NCBI GenBank assembly: GCA_051884805.1
Contig: JBJEWA010000010.1
Coordinates: 3,901 to 67,900, forward strand
DNA: 64,000 nucleotides
Source of the DNA: Kiritimatiellia bacterium
Lineage (GTDB): Bacteria > Verrucomicrobiota > Kiritimatiellia > RFP12 > UBA1067
Direction: 5' to 3'
Part shown: positions 47,848 through 57,097 of the stretch, piece after piece
Numbering within the stretch: position 1 is the first letter of the stretch
How the letters are laid out: each line of letters opens with the position of its first letter
The notes under the pieces: model-generated
Seen by the model: the letters and a program-made list of their open reading frames with translations, nothing else
Database searches by the model: none
What the model was told of the DNA's origin: nothing
Position numbers and translations under genes: made by a program

Positions 47848-48660
47848 ATGTCGGGAATCGAGAGGCTCCACGAGATCATGACCCGCCTGCGCGATCCGCA
47901 GACGGGTTGTCCTTGGGATCGGGAGCAGACCTTGGCGTCGCTCAAGCCCTGCGTCCTTGAGGAGACGTACGAGCTGCTGGCGGCGATGGACCGTCCCGAA
48001 GACCAGGCGAACTACGTCGAGGAGCTCGGAGACGTCCTGCTGCAGGTCATGTTCCAGTCGGTCATGGCCGAGCAGGAGGGGCGCTTCTCGTTCGACGACG
48101 TCGCCAATGCGGTGGCCGACAAGCTCGTCCACCGCCATCCGCACGTCTTCGGCGACGTCCGGGCCGGCGATGCGGCGACGGTGCTCCGCAACTGGGAGCA
48201 GATCAAGCAGCGGGAGCACCGGAAGGAGGCGCGGCATTCCGCGCTCGACGGCGTGCCGTCGGCCCTGCCCGGCCTGCTCAAGGCCCAGCGGACGCAGGAG
48301 AAGGCCGCGCGCGTCGGCTTCGACTGGAAGGATGCGGCGGGTCCGCTGGCCAAGATCCGGGAGGAGCTGGCCGAACTGGAGGCGGCGGTCGCCGCCCGGG
48401 CGAGCGACCGGCCGGCCGACTCCGGCCGCGTCCGGGAGGAGCTGGGCGACCTGCTGTTTTCCGTCACGAACCTCGCCCGGCACCTGAAGGTCGATTCCGA
48501 GTCGGCGATAGAGGGGGCGACGGCGAAGTTCGCCCGGCGCTTCCGGGCGGTCGAGGCCGCGGCGAAGACGGCCGACCGGCCGCTCGGGGAGCTGACGCTG
48601 GCGGAGCTGGACGCCCTCTGGGAGCGGGCGAAGGCGGCGGGGGCGACGTCCGGGCAGTGA
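47848..48660 (+). CDS. mazG: Nucleoside triphosphate pyrophosphohydrolase MazG
   Basis: Tandem MazG domains (CPWDREQT, EETYELLAA, EELGDLLF). Confidence 0.85.
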   Translation: MSGIERLHEIMTRLRDPQTGCPWDREQTLASLKPCVLEETYELLAAMDRPEDQANYVEELGDVLLQVMFQSVMAEQEGRFSFDDVANAVADKLVHRHPHVFGDVRAGDAATVLRNWEQIKQREHRKEARHSALDGVPSALPGLLKAQRTQEKAARVGFDWKDAAGPLAKIREELAELEAAVAARASDRPADSGRVREELGDLLFSVTNLARHLKVDSESAIEGATAKFARRFRAVEAAAKTADRPLGELTLAELDALWERAKAAGATSGQ

Positions 48661-48694
48661 GTCCGGCGCAGCCCGGCATCCGGGAGAACTTACC

Positions 48695-49939
48695 ATGACG
48701 ACACGCTTTACGGTTGACGGCAAGCAAGTCTCGCTGCTCGGATACGGGGCGATGCGCCTGCCGACGGTCGATGGCGGACACGCCAACAACTGGATGCTGG
48801 ACGCGTCCAAGTCGGCGATCGACCAGGAGCATCTCAACCGGCAGGTGCGGGAGCTGCTTGAACACGGGGTCAACTACTTCGACACCTCGCCGGCCTACTG
48901 CCGCGGCGAGTCCGAGGCCGCCATCGGCAGGGCCTTGCGGGCAAGCGGCTGGAAGCGCGGCGACTACCTCATCGCCACGAAGCTCTCCAACTTCTCGCCG
49001 ACCCAGTATTCGCTCGACGCCTGCAGGAAGATGTTCGAGGCGTCGCTGAAGGCGCTCGGGACGGGCTATGTGGACAACTACCTCCTGCATTCGATCGGCA
49101 ACGGCGGGTTTGCGACGTTCTCCCGGCGCTACGTCGAGAACGGCGCGGCGGACTGGTGTCTCGAACTCCGTGCGCAGAAGCGCATCCGCAACCTGGGCTT
49201 TTCCTTCCACGGCGACAAGAAGGCGTGGGACTGGTGCCTTGAGCGCCACGACAAGTACCGGTGGGACTTCGCGCAGATCCAGCTGAACTACGTCGACTGG
49301 CGCCATGCGAAGCAGGTCAACGAGCGGAACGTCGACGCGAAGGTGCTCTACGACGAGCTGACGGCGCTGAAGATTCCCGTGGTCGTGATGGAGCCGCTGC
49401 TGGGCGGGCGGCTCGCGCGCTACAACTGGGCGCTGGCGAACGCGCTGGCGCCGGTCGATCCCGAGGCGTCGCTGGCGGCCTGGGCGCTCCGTTTCTGCGG
49501 CAGCGCCGAGAACGTGATGACGGTCCTGTCCGGCATGACCTTCGACGAGCACATCCGGGAGAACATCAAGGTCTTCTCGCCGCTCAAGCCCTGCACTGCG
49601 CGCGAGCTTGAGGCGCTTGAGCAGGCGGCCGTGGCGTACCTGTCCTGCAACGCGATTCCCTGCAACTGCTGCAACTACTGCATGCCGTGTCCGTACGGGC
49701 TCGACATTCCCGCGCTGCTCACCTTCCGGAACCAGTTCCTGACGGCGAACGGGCCGCGCGACGCGAAAAAGCTGCTCCGGGCCTACGCGAAGGCGGTGCC
49801 GGAGGAACTCCGCCGCGCCGACCATTGCACGGGCTGCGGGCGCTGCGGTCCGCACTGTCCGCAGCAGATCGACATTCCCAGGGAGATCGCGCTGATCGAT
49901 GCGGTCATTGACGAGCTCAAGGCGGAGACTGCGCGATGA
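48695..49939 (+). CDS. Aldo/keto reductase with C-terminal Fe-S cluster domain
   Basis: AKR core (GVNYFDTSPAYCRGESE) plus CNCCNYCMPCP and CTGCGRCGPHCP. Confidence 0.8.
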   Translation: MTTRFTVDGKQVSLLGYGAMRLPTVDGGHANNWMLDASKSAIDQEHLNRQVRELLEHGVNYFDTSPAYCRGESEAAIGRALRASGWKRGDYLIATKLSNFSPTQYSLDACRKMFEASLKALGTGYVDNYLLHSIGNGGFATFSRRYVENGAADWCLELRAQKRIRNLGFSFHGDKKAWDWCLERHDKYRWDFAQIQLNYVDWRHAKQVNERNVDAKVLYDELTALKIPVVVMEPLLGGRLARYNWALANALAPVDPEASLAAWALRFCGSAENVMTVLSGMTFDEHIRENIKVFSPLKPCTARELEALEQAAVAYLSCNAIPCNCCNYCMPCPYGLDIPALLTFRNQFLTANGPRDAKKLLRAYAKAVPEELRRADHCTGCGRCGPHCPQQIDIPREIALIDAVIDELKAETAR

Positions 49940-51531
49940 AGATCTTGAAATTCCTTGTCCGCCTGTTTTTCGTCGGCGCCGTTGCGGCGGCCTTCTTCGG
50001 CGTGCCGTTCTGCTGGCTGGCGCTCAAGCCGCAGCGTCTCCTGTGGGCGTTGCCGCTGACGTTCCTGCTGGGGCGGTTCTTCTGCGAGGCGATGTGTCCG
50101 CTGGGCGTCCTGCAGGGGTTCGTGAACTGGGTGCTGCATCCGAAGAGGCACGTGCGGCGCGTCTGCACCCGCCTGCCCGAGACGCGGGCGCAGCGCATCG
50201 TCCGCTGGAGCGTCTTCGCGCTGGTCGCGGGCGGTCTTGCCGCCGGCGTCGGCGCGGCGTCGCTGGTGCTGCCGATGTCCGTCTTCGGCAAGGCCGCATC
50301 GCTCTGGTGGCCCGGCGTCGCGCTGTTTGCGCTGGTCATGGCGCTGGCGGCGTTTGGCCAGGGGCGGATCTGGTGCAACTGGATCTGCCCGTACGGGACG
50401 CTCTTCAATCTGGTGTCGCGGTTCGCGCTGCTGAAGCACCAGGTCGGCGCCGGTTGCGGCAACTGTCGGCAGTGCTTCGAGCGCGGCAAGAGAAAAGCGG
50501 CGGCTCCCGCCCCTGCGGCCCCGGACGCCGTCACGCGACGGGAGACGCTGAAGGGCGTGGCCGTCCTGGCCGTGGCCGAGAAGCTGACGGACGGCGGCTT
50601 CGCGGAAGTGTCGCTGCCCGGCGTACCGGCGGGGAGGAAGCCGGTCCTGCCGCCGGGCGCGGGCGACGCCGCGTCCTTCGCGCGCCGGTGCGTCGGCTGC
50701 CAGCTGTGCGTGGCGAGCTGTCCCGGTGGCTGCCTGAGTCCGTCGACGGGGCTGAAGGACTTCGGCCAGCCGAAGCTGGACTTCCGGCGGGGGTACTGCC
50801 TGCTCGACTGCGTGAAGTGCAGCGAGGTCTGTCCCGAAGGGGCGATCCGCTTCCTGCAGCGCGAACAGCGGCCGCATGTGCACCTGGGCCATGCCATCTG
50901 GAAAAAGGACCTGTGCGTGCGGACGACGACGGGCGATGCCTGCACGGCGTGCGTGCGGAAGTGTCCGGTCCGGGCGATTCACCTGGTGCAGGGCTTCCCG
51001 GTCGTGGACCGCGGGACGTGCGTCGGCTGCGGCGCCTGCGAACACGTCTGCCCGGCGCGGCCGATGCCGGCGATTTTCGTGAAAGGATTCGAGATGCAGC
51101 GAGTGGTGAACCCGATTTCGGAAAGCGATCTCCTGGCGGAGATGCGTTCGCGCCTGGCGGCGGGGGCCGCCGTCGTCGTCGCGCGGGACGGCGTCATCGT
51201 CGCGGAGGAGTCCGGGCGCGGCCTCGATCCGCTGCTGCGGCTGTTCGAGGCGGGCAAGCTCCGCCGGGCGACGGTCATGGACAAGGTGGTCGGCCGCGCG
51301 GCGGCGGCGATCTGCGCCCGGGGCGGCGCACGCATGGTCTGCACGGGCCTGGCCGGGAAGGGCGCGGCGGAGCTCCTCGGGCGGTGCGGCATCCGCCTGG
51401 AGGCGGAGCAGACCGTCGAGACGATTTTGAATCAGGAGCGTACCGGGAGCTGTCCGATGGAACGGGCGGTGGCCGGGCTCGAGGATCCGGAGCAGATGGT
51501 CGAGGCGATCAGAAAGGCAAGGCGGAAATGA
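49936..51531 (+). CDS. Membrane polyferredoxin (NapH-like N-terminus) fused to DUF1893/TM1506-like C-terminal domain
   Basis: ATGA overlap with the AKR gene. TM region with CEAMCPLG and WCNWICPYG. Four CxxCxxCxxxCP motifs. The C-terminal ~130 aa resembles the TM1506 family by eye. Confidence 0.65.
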   Translation: MKILKFLVRLFFVGAVAAAFFGVPFCWLALKPQRLLWALPLTFLLGRFFCEAMCPLGVLQGFVNWVLHPKRHVRRVCTRLPETRAQRIVRWSVFALVAGGLAAGVGAASLVLPMSVFGKAASLWWPGVALFALVMALAAFGQGRIWCNWICPYGTLFNLVSRFALLKHQVGAGCGNCRQCFERGKRKAAAPAPAAPDAVTRRETLKGVAVLAVAEKLTDGGFAEVSLPGVPAGRKPVLPPGAGDAASFARRCVGCQLCVASCPGGCLSPSTGLKDFGQPKLDFRRGYCLLDCVKCSEVCPEGAIRFLQREQRPHVHLGHAIWKKDLCVRTTTGDACTACVRKCPVRAIHLVQGFPVVDRGTCVGCGACEHVCPARPMPAIFVKGFEMQRVVNPISESDLLAEMRSRLAAGAAVVVARDGVIVAEESGRGLDPLLRLFEAGKLRRATVMDKVVGRAAAAICARGGARMVCTGLAGKGAAELLGRCGIRLEAEQTVETILNQERTGSCPMERAVAGLEDPEQMVEAIRKARRK

Positions 51532-52004
51532 ACGCGATAACATTCGGACAGGCGTGGAACTACGGCGGCCACCTCATGTGGGTGCTGTCGTTGCTCTCGG
51601 TGATGGCGCTGGCCGTCATGCTCTATCTCTGGTATGCGCATCGGCCCGGCATCTGCGTGCCCGAGGGCGTCTCGCGCGTCCGGGCGGCGAAGGATCCCGC
51701 CGCAGAGGGCGGGCGCATCGCCGATGCGATGATGGCGTCCGTCGACTGGCTGGCGGACATCGCCGCGATTGCGCCACTCGTCGGCCTGCTCGGAACGGTC
51801 CTCGGCATGTTCCAGGCGTTCGGCGGCATCGCCTCCGACGTGGCGGCCGGCGCGAAGCCGGTGGTGCTGGCGCAGGGCGTCTCGCAGGCGATCGTCACGA
51901 CGATCTTCGGCCTCGCGGTTGCGATTCCGTCGCTGGTCGCCTATGCGTTCTTCCGCCGCCGTGCGCAGAAGCGCATCGCCGAAATCGAGGAGCAGGCCGC
52001 ATGA
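51528..52004 (+). CDS. exbB: MotA/TolQ/ExbB proton channel family protein
   Basis: ATGA overlap upstream. Three TM helices. C-terminal APLVGLLGTVLGMFQAF ... AIVTTIFGLAVAIPSLVAY is typical of ExbB/TolQ. Confidence 0.8.
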   Translation: MNAITFGQAWNYGGHLMWVLSLLSVMALAVMLYLWYAHRPGICVPEGVSRVRAAKDPAAEGGRIADAMMASVDWLADIAAIAPLVGLLGTVLGMFQAFGGIASDVAAGAKPVVLAQGVSQAIVTTIFGLAVAIPSLVAYAFFRRRAQKRIAEIEEQAA

Positions 52005-52423
52005 AGTTCGTCCGGCGAAACCGTTCGCGGGCGCCGCAGCTGGCGCTGACGTCGATGCTGGACGTCATCTTCCTGCTGTTGTGCTTCTTCGTGACGGTAA
52101 GCGTCTTCTCCCAGTGGGAGAACGAGATCTCGATCAAGCTGCCGTCCGCGCAGACGGCCGACGAGCCGGACCGGCTGCCGGGCGAAATCGTCCTCAACGT
52201 CGTTCCGGACGGCTCGGTCGTGGTGAACGGCAGGAAGCTGTCGCTTGACGAGCTGAAGGTCCGGCTGGCGAAGGTCGCGCGGTTCTATCCCGGGCATCCC
52301 GTCATCATCCGCGCCGACGGTTCGCTGGCCTACGAGCGGCTCGTGAAGGTCATCGACACCTGCCGTGCCGCCGACGTCTGGAACTTCTCGCTGGCCACCA
52401 GCGGAGAGACGGAGCCAAAATGA
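52001..52423 (+). CDS. exbD: ExbD/TolR family protein
   Basis: ATGA overlap. Single TM with the conserved Asp (LTSMLDVIFLLL) and a periplasmic ExbD-like domain. Confidence 0.8.
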   Translation: MKFVRRNRSRAPQLALTSMLDVIFLLLCFFVTVSVFSQWENEISIKLPSAQTADEPDRLPGEIVLNVVPDGSVVVNGRKLSLDELKVRLAKVARFYPGHPVIIRADGSLAYERLVKVIDTCRAADVWNFSLATSGETEPK

Positions 52424-54321
52424 TCCTGCCGCTGCTTGTCTGCGCTGTGACGGTCCTGCCGTCCGACCGCCTGGCGATGGCCGACCGGCTCTTCAACCAG
52501 GGGAAGTACGCCGATGCGGCGACGGAGTACCGGGCGCTGGTCGGGCAGGAGGGCGTGGCGGCGGACGAACTGGCGTTCCGCCTGGCCGAATGCGACCGGG
52601 CGACGGGCAGGAACGAGGCCGCGCGCCGGGGCTATGCGGAGGTCTTCGGCCGTCATCCCGACTCGCGTCATGCCGCGCGCGCGCGCTTCCTCTACGCGAT
52701 GGGGGCGACGGGGCTGGAGCGGCGCAAGCTTCTGGCGGAGCTGGACAGCGACCGCGTCGACCTGGAGACGCGCACGGCGGCGCTGTACCACCTCGGCGTC
52801 GAGACTTCCGATGCGGACGCCCTGTCCCGGTGCGTGAAGCTCGCGCCCAAGGGACGCTACGCGGCCTATGCGAATCTGAAGTACGCGATGCTGCTGAACG
52901 CGTCGCCGGACGCGGCGGTGCGCCGGAAGGGCGTCGAGGTGCTGCTGGGCATCGCCTTCGGCGGCGGTCCGCTGGCGGACGAGGCCCTGTACCTGGCGGC
53001 CATCCAGAGCTACCGGGACAAGAAGTACGGCGAGGCCGGCAGCCTTTTCCGCCGCTATCGCAAGACGTTTCCGCAGGGCGAGCACACCGACGAGACGCGG
53101 TCGATGTCGGCCTGGTGCGATTTCATGGAAGGGCGCTATGCCGACGCGGCGGCCGCCTGCGGCGAGGGCGATACGGACGACTTGGCGTACATCCGGGCGG
53201 CCTGCGCCTATTCGACCGGCGACAACGAACTGGCGCTCGAACTGTTCCGGAAATACCTGGAGGCCTATCCGCAGGGCCGCTACCGCGCCGACGCGGAGCT
53301 GCCCATGGCCCGCATCGAGTTCGATGCGGCGCAGAAGGCGAACGACGCCTCGCGGACGATCGAGAGCGCCCGGCGCGGGTTTGCCCTGTCGAAGCTCGCC
53401 TCCGACCAGCTGCGGCTGGCCTGGGCCTACGAGAAGGCGGGCAAGCCGGCGGACGCGGCGGCCGAATACGCGGCGCTGGCCGCGAACTTCTCCGGTACGG
53501 CGGAGGCGGCGGAGGCGCTCTACCGCAAGGCGCTGATCGAGGCGCGCGCGGAAAACTGGTCGGCGGCGGAACTCTCCCTGTCGGAGGCCCTGTCGTCCGG
53601 GCGGCTTGGCGTCCGGACGGCGCAGGCCTGCTACTGGCGTGGCGTCGCGGCGATGCGGCTCGGCCACGAGGCGGAGGGCGCGGAGTCGCTGGAGAAGGCG
53701 GTCGCCGCCGGCCTCGGCCTGGACGAGTCGCGCGAGGCGCGGCTGATGATCGCCGACTGGGACTACCGCAACGGACGCCTGGACCGGGCGCGGGCAGCCT
53801 ATCTCAAGCTGGTGCGGGAAGGCGCGTGCGACCGAATGAGCGCCTCGCGCATCCTGGCCGTCGGCAAGTTCCTGGGCGGGGAGGCGGCCGAGACCTGCGC
53901 GAAGGCGCTGACGGCGAGCGAGGCGCCCGAATGGCGGCAGGCCGGCTGGGCGCTGCTCGGCGCCTGCGAAGAGCGGCGGGAGGCGTATTCGGCCGCCGTC
54001 GAGTCGTACCGGAAGTGTCTGGCGGAGCAGGCGCAGACGGAATCCTGCGCCGAGGCGTCGCTGCATCTGGGCAAGCTGGAATTCCGGGCCGGCGAATTCG
54101 CGCGGGCGGAAGCGACGCTGAAGCAGGCGGTTTCGCTCAACTCCGCCAGTGCCCGGGCGCGCGCCGAAGCCTACGTGACGCTGGCGAAGTCCGCCGGCGC
54201 GCGGGGCGACTGGCCGTCGGCGGTCGCGTATGCGACGGTCGTGACTTCGCTGTTCGACGATGCGGAGCTGGTCGCCGAGGCGAAACAGATCATCGAGGCG
54301 CATCCGGAGGCGAGGAAATGA
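52420..54321 (+). CDS. Tetratricopeptide repeat protein
   Basis: ATGA overlap. Signal-like N-terminus, then many TPR-like helical pairs (ADRLFNQGKYADAATEYRAL ...). Confidence 0.75.
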   Translation: MILPLLVCAVTVLPSDRLAMADRLFNQGKYADAATEYRALVGQEGVAADELAFRLAECDRATGRNEAARRGYAEVFGRHPDSRHAARARFLYAMGATGLERRKLLAELDSDRVDLETRTAALYHLGVETSDADALSRCVKLAPKGRYAAYANLKYAMLLNASPDAAVRRKGVEVLLGIAFGGGPLADEALYLAAIQSYRDKKYGEAGSLFRRYRKTFPQGEHTDETRSMSAWCDFMEGRYADAAAACGEGDTDDLAYIRAACAYSTGDNELALELFRKYLEAYPQGRYRADAELPMARIEFDAAQKANDASRTIESARRGFALSKLASDQLRLAWAYEKAGKPADAAAEYAALAANFSGTAEAAEALYRKALIEARAENWSAAELSLSEALSSGRLGVRTAQACYWRGVAAMRLGHEAEGAESLEKAVAAGLGLDESREARLMIADWDYRNGRLDRARAAYLKLVREGACDRMSASRILAVGKFLGGEAAETCAKALTASEAPEWRQAGWALLGACEERREAYSAAVESYRKCLAEQAQTESCAEASLHLGKLEFRAGEFARAEATLKQAVSLNSASARARAEAYVTLAKSAGARGDWPSAVAYATVVTSLFDDAELVAEAKQIIEAHPEARK

Positions 54322-55916
54322 CGGACGAGCGGCGGGAAGAGGTCGTCCTGATCGCGCTGGTCGTCTCGGCCGCGGTGCACGCCGCCCTGATGCTGTTTGC
54401 CCGTCCGCAGGTGATGACGCGCCCGGTGCCGGTCGCCCGGAAGGAGCGGAGCGTGCCGATGCGCGTCGTGCAGAACGCGTCGCAGCCTGATCCGGTGCGC
54501 CTGGAGCAGATTCTTGACCTGGAGGCGGTCAAGGATGCGCCGCCGGTCGCGGGCGACGCATCCGTGCCGCGCGCCGAGGCGCCGGGCGCGACGAAGGCGA
54601 CCGCCCGCGTTCCGGAGCCGGAGACGACCGAGCTGGCGGCGCCGGACCTGACGCCCGCCGTCTTCGAGGCGCGGCTGTCGGACAGGACCGTCGCCGCGCC
54701 GGTGCCGATTGTCCGCATGGAGACGCCGGAGCTGCCCGGCGCGGACCCGTCCGCGCCCGATTTCGCCGTCGCGCTGCCGCGGACGGACGCGCCGCCCGCG
54801 TCCCTGCCGGTGGCCATGCCGTCCGTCCGGGCGCCGGCGCCGGACCTGCCGCCGGTCAAGCTGACGCCGCGCGCCGAGGCGGAGGACGGCAAGCCGGCCT
54901 TCACGCCGGCGCAGGAAATCTACGACCGCGTAGACGAGCAGGTCGTCGCCGAAGAGAAGTCGGCGGTCCGCGAACTCGTCCAGGCCGAGAACGCGGCGGA
55001 CCTCGGCAAGTTCGTGAACATGACGATGACGCAGGCGGTGGCCGGGGAATGGCGCTACTTCCGGGTGCTGCTGACGCCCCGCGCGAACCTGAAGACGGTG
55101 CCGAAGGACGTCGTCCTGCTCATCGACGGGTCCGGCTCGATCGGCAACGACCGGCTCGGCAGCTGCCGGAAGGCGGCCCGGCGGATCCTGCGGACGTGCA
55201 CCAACACGGGCGACCGGTTCAACCTGGTCGTCTTCCGCAACGCATTCTCCTATGCCTTCCGCACCTGGCGGGAGTGCGACGCCCCGAGCTTCGAGGCGGG
55301 CGACAAGTGGCTGGCGCGGCAGACGGCCCATGGCCGCACGGACGTCTTCTCGACGATCAGCTCCGTCCTGACGCTGCCGCGCGACCCGGCGCGTCCGCTG
55401 ATCGCCCTGGTGGTGACCGACGGCATCGCCAATGCCGGCGTCAGCGACACCTCGGAGATCCTCTCGCGGTTTACGGCGCTCAACGACGGGCTGGTCTCCG
55501 TCTACATGTATGGCGTGAAGTCGGCGGCGAACCGTGAGCTGATCGACGTGCTGACGCACGGGAACCGGGGCGAGAGCTTCGTCTTCGAAGGCTGGCGCTG
55601 GAACGCCGGCGATGGGCTGGAGGGACTGTCGGAGCGCTTCCGCGATCCGGTGCTGACGGACCTCCGGGTGATCTTTTCGGCGGACGCGCGGGCGGAGGCC
55701 TATCCCCGGCTGCTGCGGAATCTCTATCGCGGCGGAACGCTCTCGTTCGTCGGCCGCGTGCCGGCGTCGGCGAAGGACGTGGCGTTTTCGCTGCGGGGGC
55801 TCAACGGCTCCGACGCCTACGACGGCTTCTTCCGCCTGCCGTTCGCCGCCGCGCCGGACGACGCTTCGACCGTGACGGAATGGCAGGCGGAAGCGGCGCT
55901 CGACCGCCGTTTCTGA
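54318..55916 (+). CDS. TolA/TonB-like membrane anchor + proline-rich spacer + VWA (MIDAS) domain protein
   Basis: ATGA overlap. TM helix VVLIALVVSAAVHAALMLF with Ser-x3-His. About 200 aa of Pro/Ala-rich sequence. VWA motifs VVLLIDGSGSIG, GRTDV and LVVTDG. No TonB C-terminal motif seen. Confidence 0.7.
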   Translation: MTDERREEVVLIALVVSAAVHAALMLFARPQVMTRPVPVARKERSVPMRVVQNASQPDPVRLEQILDLEAVKDAPPVAGDASVPRAEAPGATKATARVPEPETTELAAPDLTPAVFEARLSDRTVAAPVPIVRMETPELPGADPSAPDFAVALPRTDAPPASLPVAMPSVRAPAPDLPPVKLTPRAEAEDGKPAFTPAQEIYDRVDEQVVAEEKSAVRELVQAENAADLGKFVNMTMTQAVAGEWRYFRVLLTPRANLKTVPKDVVLLIDGSGSIGNDRLGSCRKAARRILRTCTNTGDRFNLVVFRNAFSYAFRTWRECDAPSFEAGDKWLARQTAHGRTDVFSTISSVLTLPRDPARPLIALVVTDGIANAGVSDTSEILSRFTALNDGLVSVYMYGVKSAANRELIDVLTHGNRGESFVFEGWRWNAGDGLEGLSERFRDPVLTDLRVIFSADARAEAYPRLLRNLYRGGTLSFVGRVPASAKDVAFSLRGLNGSDAYDGFFRLPFAAAPDDASTVTEWQAEAALDRRF

Positions 55917-55978
55917 CCACGCCTGCCGCCTGCCGTCGGCGCGTTTTTCCGCGGGGGAAACACCAACGGGACGGCTTG

Positions 55979-55987
55979 TGGTATAAT
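55979..55987 (+). promoter_or_regulatory. Extended -10 element TGgTATAAT
   Basis: CTTGTGGTATAAT. 9 nt to ATG 55997, so near-leaderless. Confidence 0.55.
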
Positions 55988-55996
55988 AGTGCTGCC

Positions 55997-57097
55997 ATGC
56001 GCCTGCTGACGAGATATGTCCTGAGAGAGTTCCTGATTCCGCTGTCATACTGTCTGACGGGCTTCGTCTCCATCTACGTCCTCTTCGACCTCTTCGGCTC
56101 GTTCCCGCGCATGGTGGCGGCGAAGATGACGTTCAGCGACGCCGCCCTCTACTTCTGCGGCTATTTCGCGCCGTACTTCCACTACATCGTGCCGGCGGCC
56201 CTCTTGCTGGCGACGCTGTACACGATGTGGAGCTTCTGCCGCCATTCGGAAATCGTCGCGATGCGGGCGAGCGGCGTGAGCTTTCTCGCGATCGTCAAGC
56301 CGCTGTTCGCCGTGTCGCTGCTGATGGGCGGGATCGTGTTCTACGTCGACGAGGTGTTCGTGCCGGCGCGGGCGCAGTGGGCGGCCCAGCTGAAGACGGT
56401 GAAGTTCGACCGGCAGGAGATGATGCGGGCGGACAACGTCGTCCTGCGCAACGCCGCGGCCGACCGCACGTGGAACGTGAACTCCCTGCTGGACGCGGAG
56501 GGCCGGCAGCTGTCCGGCGTCCGCATCACCGTGGACCGGCCGGGCGGCGGTGTGCGGCTCATGACCGTGACTGCCGACCGCGCCGACTATCTCGACGGCG
56601 AGTGGTGGCTGTCCGGCGCCAGGTTCCAGCACTACAACGCGCGCGGCGAGGAGATCTCGACGCCGACGCCGGAACTGGACGCCCTGCCGCTGCGGTGCTT
56701 CCCCGAGTTCCGCGAGCGGCCGGAGGACTTCATGGCGCAGAACCGTCCGTGGAAGTTCAATTCGGTCCGGCAGCGCTTCCGCTACCTGAAGAGCCATCCC
56801 GAGCTTTCCGCCGAAGCGCACCGCGACGGCATCTACGACACGTGGGCGCAGATCATGGCGCCGTTCGCGTGCGTCATCATCACGCTGTTTGCCATTCCCG
56901 CCGGCATTGCCTCGGGCCGTCAGAGCGTCTTCCGGGGCATCCTCGGCGCGCTGGCGATGTACTTCTCCTTCTACGGGCTGACGATCATCATGATGGTCCT
57001 GGCGAAGAACGGCTGGTGTCCGCCGGTGCTGGCGGCGATGTTGCCGGCCGGCGTGTTTTCCGTTCTGGGCCTGCGGGCCTTCTTCCGGCAGCGATGA
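55997..57097 (+). CDS. LptF/LptG (YjgP/YjgQ) family permease
   Basis: N-terminus MRLLTRYVLREFLIPL, six TM helices with a large periplasmic loop. Confidence 0.8.
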   Translation: MRLLTRYVLREFLIPLSYCLTGFVSIYVLFDLFGSFPRMVAAKMTFSDAALYFCGYFAPYFHYIVPAALLLATLYTMWSFCRHSEIVAMRASGVSFLAIVKPLFAVSLLMGGIVFYVDEVFVPARAQWAAQLKTVKFDRQEMMRADNVVLRNAAADRTWNVNSLLDAEGRQLSGVRITVDRPGGGVRLMTVTADRADYLDGEWWLSGARFQHYNARGEEISTPTPELDALPLRCFPEFRERPEDFMAQNRPWKFNSVRQRFRYLKSHPELSAEAHRDGIYDTWAQIMAPFACVIITLFAIPAGIASGRQSVFRGILGALAMYFSFYGLTIIMMVLAKNGWCPPVLAAMLPAGVFSVLGLRAFFRQR

